Source: Gemmatimonadota bacterium (lineage in GTDB: Bacteria > Gemmatimonadota > Gemmatimonadetes > Gemmatimonadales > GWC2-71-9). Taken from it: a stretch of 64,000 nucleotides of DNA. The stretch lies in the NCBI GenBank assembly GCA_036679645.1, contig JAZDCY010000016.1, positions 97,615-161,614 on the forward strand, in the 5' to 3' direction. Positions 57,603 to 64,000 of the stretch are shown in pieces. The translations under genes were made by a program, and so were the position numbers. The notes under the pieces were generated by a model. The model was not told the DNA's origin and ran no database searches. It saw only the letters and a list, made by a program, of their open reading frames with translations. How positions within the stretch are numbered: position 1 is the stretch's first letter; the number at the start of each line of letters is the position of its first letter.

Positions 57603-59893
57603 TACTGGTCCGATTCGGTCACGCGGAAGATCCGGCGGCGCGTGGCGGTCTGTCCCGTCTGCTGATCTGTAATGACGAGTTCCAGGATGTAGACGGCGTT
57701 CGGCGCATCGCTGAGGTCGATCGCGACCCATCCCGGCAGTCGGTCCCGGTCGCCGAGCACGTCCGACACCTCGTACGAGAGCGTCACCTGGTCATCACCC
57801 TTGGCCGAGGTGCCGATGGCGTCGGCGATACCGCCCACTATGTTGGCGCCGAACCCCCGCCGCTCCAGCGACTGCACCGTGATCACCACCGCGGCACGGT
57901 AGCTGACCGCGCCGGTCGAGTCGGGTGTGAGGTTGTACATCTCCCAGTAGAGATGGACCTCGTCGCCGGGTGCGTAGGTCATGGCCGGGTTGGGATCCAT
58001 GAAGAAGGCCCCGCGGCCGCCCGGCGCGTCCTCGCGCGGCGCCACCCGGTCGGCCAGGACTACGTCACTCAGCATGAAGATCGGCCGGTCGAACGTCTCA
58101 ATAACCACGCGTGCGGCCCCGCGCGCAGCGCGTCGCGTCGTGGGTTGGCGGGCCTCGACCCGGTAGCGGTACTCGCCCGGCAACAGGTAGCTCACGAACG
58201 TGCGCTGCTCGAACTGGCGCTCCGCGTGAAACACTACCGTCTCGCTGCGCCGCTGCTCGTCGATCGACCGCTCCAGCAGATCGGTGACGAACAGACCGCT
58301 CTCCAGCGGCCCCTCATCCAGATCGACCCCTTCGGTCATGCGTCGCAGCGGCAGGCCGGCGAAGATGACCAACTCCGTGGCGCTCGTGGTGTCGGTTGCC
58401 CGGAACGCCGCCGTCTGGATCGCCACCGAATCGAGCGCCGCGTCTACCGGTACGTTGTCGTAAATCACCGGCAGTACGGAGCGAGTTTCCTGGGCGTACG
58501 CCTGAAACTCGCCGGCAAAGCGCGCAAAGTTGTATCCGGGGGGGCCGTAAAAGACGAACCGCAAGTTCCGCTCGGGATAGAACCACACCGTGGTGATCCG
58601 GCCGGTCGCCATCACGTCCCCCGTCACCACGCCACGCCCGCCCTCACCAATGGGATCGGTCAAGGCTCCCATTTGGGAAGTGCCCGGGGGGAAGGTCGCA
58701 ATTACGGGCGGCGGCCCGTACCGGATGTAGATGACGCCGCGGTCGGATTCCCAGCCGCGCATGTGCAGCTCGGGCGCCGAGAAGCGGATCTCCGTGTAGG
58801 CTACCCGTGCCAGATGCTCGAGCAAGTGCTCGTTCTCCTCGGTGAGCTTGAGCGGGTCGTTGGCGGACCAGTAGATCCGGTTGTACTCCGCCCGATCCGC
58901 GCTCGTGAGTTCCCCGTAGGCCTCGGCATTGGAGCGACGCATGATGACCGAGAGGTTCGTAACCCGGGCCCGGTCGGCGGCGGGCATCATGTCCAGCGCG
59001 CGCCGGAATGCGCGCGTCGCCTCGCGGCCGCGACCCAGCTGCCACAGACCGAGTCCAGCGAAGAGGTGCGCGCGCGGGTTGTCGGGGGCCGCCCGCGCGA
59101 AGCTCCGCGCCCTCTCGTGGTACTCCTCGTATCGGCGGCCGTCATAAAGGATCCCGAGCAGCCCGGCCGTAGCCTGGTCGTGGCCGTTCCAGGCGGCAAC
59201 CCCGGCCCGGTAGTGCTCCTCTGCCTGGCGCAGGTCCAGCTCCCCTGCGTCGGGAATCGCATGCGACCGGCTCTCGAGGAACTCGCGCGCGTAGTTGGTG
59301 CTCCCTAGCGCCTCACGGGTATCGAATCGGAACACGTCACCCGTGATCATGTGGCGGTGGCCCAGCGCCTGGTAGCGGCGGAAGTAGATGTCGCCGAGTT
59401 CCCCTTCGATCTCCGCCACGACCGCCGGATCGCCCCGTTGCCGGGCGGCGCGCAGGGCGCGGTTGAATAGCCGTTGGGCACCCAAGCGCATGAAGCCCTG
59501 CTTCAGGCGCAGCCGGCCTAACTCCAAGAAATAGTGTGGGTTACCTCCGTCAATCCTGATGGCGCGCGCTAGTGCGCTCTGGGCCCGGCGTCGCTTGAAC
59601 ATGTCGGCCAGATCCGTCCCGGATTGCCGTGCGAGCAGCATGCCGCGGCGGTAGTGGGCTTCGGCCAGCCCCGAGGCCAGCTTGGTCGCCTGCTCCAGGC
59701 GATCCAGGGCGGCTGCCGTGTCACCGCGCGAGGCGAGTCGGACGGCGTCCTCAACCAGCCGATTGGCCCGGGCCATGTCAGAATCTGCTGCACCCTGGGC
59801 GTTCCCAAGAGTAGGGAACGTCATGAGCGCAAGAAACGCCGCGGCTGTGGCGGCCCGGTGGATCGGGCTCAACGCAGAGCCCCGGTGGGCCAT
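57602..59893 (-). CDS. GWxTD domain-containing protein with N-terminal TPRs
   Basis: YWSANDPL..ENE..RVAYT..GWESDRGVIYIRYGPP; LSDVVLA; YWEMYNL; signal peptide. Confidence 0.85.
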   Translation of the reverse strand: MAHRGSALSPIHRAATAAAFLALMTFPTLGNAQGAADSDMARANRLVEDAVRLASRGDTAAALDRLEQATKLASGLAEAHYRRGMLLARQSGTDLADMFKRRRAQSALARAIRIDGGNPHYFLELGRLRLKQGFMRLGAQRLFNRALRAARQRGDPAVVAEIEGELGDIYFRRYQALGHRHMITGDVFRFDTREALGSTNYAREFLESRSHAIPDAGELDLRQAEEHYRAGVAAWNGHDQATAGLLGILYDGRRYEEYHERARSFARAAPDNPRAHLFAGLGLWQLGRGREATRAFRRALDMMPAADRARVTNLSVIMRRSNAEAYGELTSADRAEYNRIYWSANDPLKLTEENEHLLEHLARVAYTEIRFSAPELHMRGWESDRGVIYIRYGPPPVIATFPPGTSQMGALTDPIGEGGRGVVTGDVMATGRITTVWFYPERNLRFVFYGPPGYNFARFAGEFQAYAQETRSVLPVIYDNVPVDAALDSVAIQTAAFRATDTTSATELVIFAGLPLRRMTEGVDLDEGPLESGLFVTDLLERSIDEQRRSETVVFHAERQFEQRTFVSYLLPGEYRYRVEARQPTTRRAARGAARVVIETFDRPIFMLSDVVLADRVAPREDAPGGRGAFFMDPNPAMTYAPGDEVHLYWEMYNLTPDSTGAVSYRAAVVITVQSLERRGFGANIVGGIADAIGTSAKGDDQVTLSYEVSDVLGDRDRLPGWVAIDLSDAPNAVYILELVITDQQTGQTATRRRIFRVTESDQ

Positions 59894-60417
59894 CTCTACT
59901 CCTTCGATATGGGGCCTCGGATGCCCGGCTGGGAGCGGCCGGACTGGACCAGGACAATATGGCTAAGTCACCCAGTACGCCAGAGAGTTCCCCCGGTCTC
60001 CGCGACCTTGCGGGCCACCTGAGGCTGCCTTACCTTGCCAAAGTCTCAGGGAGGGTTAGTTTAGCCGTCCTTGAGCCCGCCTATTGGGCCTTGGCACGGT
60101 GCGCGCCGGACACGTTTCTAGGCAGCGCCCAAGCTATACAGGCAGCCGGGTTGCGACACCGGACAGAGAAGCTCGCATTGCTCCGTGGCGGTGGGTTCGT
60201 TCCGGACCCCTTGACCGCCCGTGACATAAGCAGTATGACCATTGCCGCCGGTGGCGGTTCACGACCGTGAGCGTATCGCGGGTGTGGTACCACGCCGTTG
60301 GCGCGGCCGTCGTGGAGACGGTCGGTGGAGATGCCCAGATCGGGCAGAAAGGAGGAGGACAAGTCCCTGTTTGTTAGAACGTTCGTTCACCTCTCCATTT
60401 CAGAAGGAGAAAACCCA

Positions 60418-63400
60418 GTGAGACACGCATTGTCCCGCCTCGCGGCAGGCTTTGCGGCTCTAGTGTTGCTCGCCGTGGTGGCATCGCCGGCGACTGCACA
60501 GACCGGAAAGCTCACAGGCGTTGTGTCGGACGCGGAATCCGGGGCCCCACTCGAGGGTGCGCAGATCATCCTCCAGGGTACCGGGATCAGCGCGCTGACC
60601 GGCTCTAACGGCCGCTACTTCATCGTGAACGTTCCCCCCGCCAGATACACGGTGGTGGTGCGGCGTATCGGGTACACCTCGGCCGAGGTGCGGAACGTTG
60701 TCATCTCGATCGACGTGACGCGCAATCTCGACGCGCAGCTCAGCCCTGCCGGAGCGGTCGGTGTCGCAGACATCGTCGTGACGGCCGAAGCGGAGCCGCT
60801 CATCGAGGCCGGCATCACCGGCTCCGCGAGCAGCATCCGGGCCGATGAAATCGCGGCCTTGCCGGTCACGAACATCATGGGAGTCCTGTCGTTGCAGCAG
60901 GGTTTCCTGGAAGTCCCGGCAAATACGGACATCGTCTCCTTCACGGACACCCGCCGGAACCCGGCCTCGCCGATCCGGATTAGGGGCGGTCGTGGTGGTG
61001 AGACGTTGACCCTGATCGACGGGATTCCCATCAACAACTTCATCTTCGGTGGGCCTGCGTTCGACATCACGAACGAGGCCATCCAGCAGGTGGACTTCCA
61101 GCGCGGTGGGTTCGAGCCGCAGTACGGGAACGCGTTGTCAGGCATCATCAATCTCGCGACCCGTGAGGGCGGGACGAATCTGGCCGGCGCGTTCAGCTAC
61201 CAGACCTCCGAAGTCGGGGGCGCCCTGGGATCGACCCACGACGATCTGGCCGCTTTTGACCTCTATCAGGGGTACATTGGCGGGGCGATTCCGGGTACGA
61301 ACAACGCGCTGCGCTTCATGGTCGCCGGCCGGGCGCAGTCCGGTGCCGATCGCGTGCTCGAGTTCGACGACGACGTGAACAACTTCACCGACCCGCGCGG
61401 CGGCTTCAACACGCCAAACCTGTCGGATCTGTTCCCGGGTTGGCGTGCGTTCGGGTACGATCAGGAGTCGGACGTCATCGGGAAGTTGACCTACTACTTC
61501 CAGCCGACCCTCAAGCTGACCGTGTCGGCAATCAGTTACCGGCGCGAGCGCTTGCCGTTCGACTTCGACTACATCCTGACGCAATTCGACCCGTTGGCGG
61601 CTCCCGCCATCAGCAATCTCGAGGACTCGCTTCGGGTCTCGAGTGGTACCGTAGGGAACCCGACGGGGCGCTCGGCCCGCAACGATATCGTGCAGGGCTC
61701 GATCAGGGTCAAACGGGATCTCTACTCGGCGCGCTGGGACCACACGCTGGGCCGCTGGGCGTACAAGATCTCGGCGGGCGTGTTCCAGCAGGAGCGCCAG
61801 ACCTGCAACTTCTTCCAGGGTGTCTGCCTGGGTGACCGCTGGTCTGATATCAACTTCGACGGCCTGTTCGTGGACCCGGGGATCAGCACGACGCACCCCG
61901 CCCGCGGAACGGACGAGTTCTTTGGTGGTGAAGATCTCGAGACCATAGTCGGCCGGTTCGACGTGCAGGGGCAGGCGACCGATCACCACGCCATCCAGTT
62001 CGGCGTGTTCTATCAAGGGCATGACGTCACGTATCAGGAGTTCCGCAACCAGGGTGTCAACGACGTGCTCACGGTGCCGCAGTTCTATGAGGCGGACCCG
62101 TGGGACGCGGCGGTGTACCTGCAGGACAAGATCGAGTACGATTTCCTGACGGTGAAGCTGGGTGCACGGTTCGACTTCGGTAGGGCCGGCGGCGTCTTCT
62201 TTACCGATCCGCGGAATCCGACCAATGGGACCACGGCACGGGAAGTGTGTAACGGCGAGTTCGCAGGGATCGGCGAGTTCTCGACCGACGACCCGTTGAA
62301 TCCGGGCAACACACTGATGGGCTTTAGTGCCTGTGCTGCGAACGCCTCGTTGCTTGACAGTGCGGCCGTTTTGGGGCAGGCGGACGACTTCGTGGACTCG
62401 AAGAGCCGCACGCAATTCAGCCCGCGCATTGGCGTGAGCTTCCCGCTCAGCGAGCGGTCGCAGGTCTTCTTCAACTTCGGGCGCTACAGCCAGAACCCGC
62501 TCTACAACAACATCTTCCAGAACACCGGGATCGGCACGGTCGCGGGCGAGGAAGGTGGAGACGTCTGTAAGGCGGATGCGGTCGTGCCCGGCACCAACCA
62601 GTGTCACCCGATCATTTTCAGCGATACGTACAGAGTATCGTTCCTGGGGAACCCGAATCTGCTGATCGAGAAGACGACGGCGTACGAGGTCGGTTTTGCG
62701 ACCGAAGTTGCCGACAACTTCGCGCTCCAGGTGCTGGCCTTCTCGAAGGACCAGTTTGGCCTGGCCGGCATACGCAATGGTGGCGTAGATTCCTCGGGCA
62801 CCCCGATCTTCGACGTGGGGACGACCTACGGATCGGCGACATACAACTACTCGGTCGTCATCAACCAGGACTTCCAGACGGTGCGTGGGTTTGAGGTGTC
62901 GTTGCGCCGCCGGTTGTTTGACTACTGGGGTTTCAACCTCAACTACTCCTTCTCGCAGTCGACGACCAACGCGGCCGCGCCGGACCAACAGTTCCAACGC
63001 GAGCGGGAAGAGGGAGATCCGGTCAACTTCCAGGAGATCACATCCGAGATCGACCAGCCACATGTGTTCAACGCGTCGGTCTTCTTCCGGGTGGGGAACG
63101 AGGAGCCCTTCGGTAACTCGCTGCTGAACTCCATCGTGCGGAACTCGAACGTCACGTTCACAGTGCGCGCGTCGAGCGGGCTGCCGTTCACCCCGACACT
63201 CGACTTCTCGGGCTTCGGCGACAACCAACTCGAGCAGAACAGCGGGCGGGGGCCGAGCCGGTTCCAGGTAGATCTGCTGGCCGGCAAGGACTTCAACATC
63301 TCGAATCTGCGCTACGGCGCGTTCGTCAGGGTTGTGAACCTCCTGGATACGAAGAACTGCAACCAGGTCTTCACGACGACGGGCCGCTGTGACGCGGGCG

Positions 63401-63528
63401 CGATAGATCAGAGCCGGCGGCGCCAAGGGAACCCGGTGGGTGAGAACTCGCCCTCGACCCTGTTCGACCGGCCGCAGTTCTTTGGGACGCGGCGCACGAT
63501 CAACGCGGGCATCCGCGTGAACTTCTAA
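60418..63528 (+). CDS. TonB-dependent receptor with N-terminal carboxypeptidase-regulatory-like domain
   Basis: SD AGGAG; signal peptide; QTGKLTGVV..PLEGA; plug IRGGR..IDGIP..GGFEPQYGNALSGIIN; SPRIGVSFP; terminal GIRVNF. Confidence 0.93.
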   Translation: MRHALSRLAAGFAALVLLAVVASPATAQTGKLTGVVSDAESGAPLEGAQIILQGTGISALTGSNGRYFIVNVPPARYTVVVRRIGYTSAEVRNVVISIDVTRNLDAQLSPAGAVGVADIVVTAEAEPLIEAGITGSASSIRADEIAALPVTNIMGVLSLQQGFLEVPANTDIVSFTDTRRNPASPIRIRGGRGGETLTLIDGIPINNFIFGGPAFDITNEAIQQVDFQRGGFEPQYGNALSGIINLATREGGTNLAGAFSYQTSEVGGALGSTHDDLAAFDLYQGYIGGAIPGTNNALRFMVAGRAQSGADRVLEFDDDVNNFTDPRGGFNTPNLSDLFPGWRAFGYDQESDVIGKLTYYFQPTLKLTVSAISYRRERLPFDFDYILTQFDPLAAPAISNLEDSLRVSSGTVGNPTGRSARNDIVQGSIRVKRDLYSARWDHTLGRWAYKISAGVFQQERQTCNFFQGVCLGDRWSDINFDGLFVDPGISTTHPARGTDEFFGGEDLETIVGRFDVQGQATDHHAIQFGVFYQGHDVTYQEFRNQGVNDVLTVPQFYEADPWDAAVYLQDKIEYDFLTVKLGARFDFGRAGGVFFTDPRNPTNGTTAREVCNGEFAGIGEFSTDDPLNPGNTLMGFSACAANASLLDSAAVLGQADDFVDSKSRTQFSPRIGVSFPLSERSQVFFNFGRYSQNPLYNNIFQNTGIGTVAGEEGGDVCKADAVVPGTNQCHPIIFSDTYRVSFLGNPNLLIEKTTAYEVGFATEVADNFALQVLAFSKDQFGLAGIRNGGVDSSGTPIFDVGTTYGSATYNYSVVINQDFQTVRGFEVSLRRRLFDYWGFNLNYSFSQSTTNAAAPDQQFQREREEGDPVNFQEITSEIDQPHVFNASVFFRVGNEEPFGNSLLNSIVRNSNVTFTVRASSGLPFTPTLDFSGFGDNQLEQNSGRGPSRFQVDLLAGKDFNISNLRYGAFVRVVNLLDTKNCNQVFTTTGRCDAGAIDQSRRRQGNPVGENSPSTLFDRPQFFGTRRTINAGIRVNF

Positions 63529-63613
63529 TTCGGTTGTCGAGCCCCGGGCGGTCGCGCAGCAATCGCGACCGGTTCGGGGCTCGGGGCCGATACGGACGAC
63601 AACAGGAGACGTC

Positions 63614-64000
63614 ATGAAGAGTCGATTTGGTACGCTAGCGGTGCGTGGGGTCGTGGCTTCGGCCGCGATTGCCTTGCTCGCGGCGTCACCCGCCCCCGCC
63701 CAGCAGCGCGGCGATATGGTGGGTGATGCAATTATCGATGCGGCCGGCGCGAGAGGTCTGCAAGACCACAACGCGTCTGCTGCGCGGAGAGCGATGGGGT
63801 TCCAGCTCTTCGCGTCGCGCGACGCGGCCGGTGCCGGCGCACATCTGCCGGGCAACATGGCCTACGCCATGGACAATTACTCGCCGTGTGACGCCCCGTT
63901 CACGGGGTTCTGCGAATGGGAACTGCATCCCTCGCGCAACCCGGCAGCTACCACATTCCAGTTCTTCGAGGTACTGTGGTTTGCCGGGGCGCCGCCCAGC
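63614..64000 (+). CDS. Exported hypothetical protein, 5' part only
   Basis: SD AGGAG then MKSRFGTLAVRGVVASAAIALLAASPAPAQQ...; open to the window edge. Confidence 0.75.
   Translation, partial: MKSRFGTLAVRGVVASAAIALLAASPAPAQQRGDMVGDAIIDAAGARGLQDHNASAARRAMGFQLFASRDAAGAGAHLPGNMAYAMDNYSPCDAPFTGFCEWELHPSRNPAATTFQFFEVLWFAGAPPS

Noticed and set aside
57539..59308. 589-aa plus-strand ORF
   Set aside because: Antisense shadow of the GWxTD gene; Arg/Gly/Val-rich with no motifs.
59894..60417. Cobalamin riboswitch before the TonB receptor
   Set aside because: No recognisable B12-box or GCCACTG-type core by eye; an Rfam scan would be needed to exclude other RNAs.
61138..63858. 906-aa minus-strand ORF
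   Set aside because: Antisense shadow of the TonB receptor; expected from high-GC codon bias; no recognisable motifs.

Overview
High-GC bacterial chromosome segment. Gene content and style suggest Gemmatimonadota (inference from the expanded Ser/Thr kinase family, GWxTD protein and split atp operon; not verified by search). From left to right: (1) a housekeeping run on the minus strand (rho-ruvX-mltG-aroH-rlmI-like-CDF) with an inverted thiE inside it; (2) an accessory region of about 30 kb (10.7-41.1 kb) with six Hanks-type Ser/Thr kinases (four TolB-like/TPR, two PD40 beta-propeller), a kinase 5' remnant, a truncated ECF sigma, VapBC, a frameshifted Uma2, a radical SAM enzyme and hydrolases; (3) a 7-tRNA cluster; (4) a sigma-70 gene, mlaEFD, an AraC-like regulator, atpAGDC, three beta-barrel OMP genes, waaA, a CPBP protease, a DsbA-like protein, a GWxTD protein and a TonB-dependent receptor. 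Strongest observations: in both tandem kinase pairs the downstream copy carries an in-frame N-lobe deletion (possible kinase/pseudokinase pairs); an 85-bp tandem repeat duplicates the 5' end of the initiator tRNA-Met; about ten intergenic hairpins are built from different 7-12 nt microsatellite units; a candidate aromatic-amino-acid leader-peptide attenuator precedes an acyltransferase; and aroH/thiE share a 12-bp spacer with back-to-back Shine-Dalgarno sites. No CRISPR array, integrase, transposase or reverse transcriptase was seen. All annotation is by eye from motifs, with no database searches.
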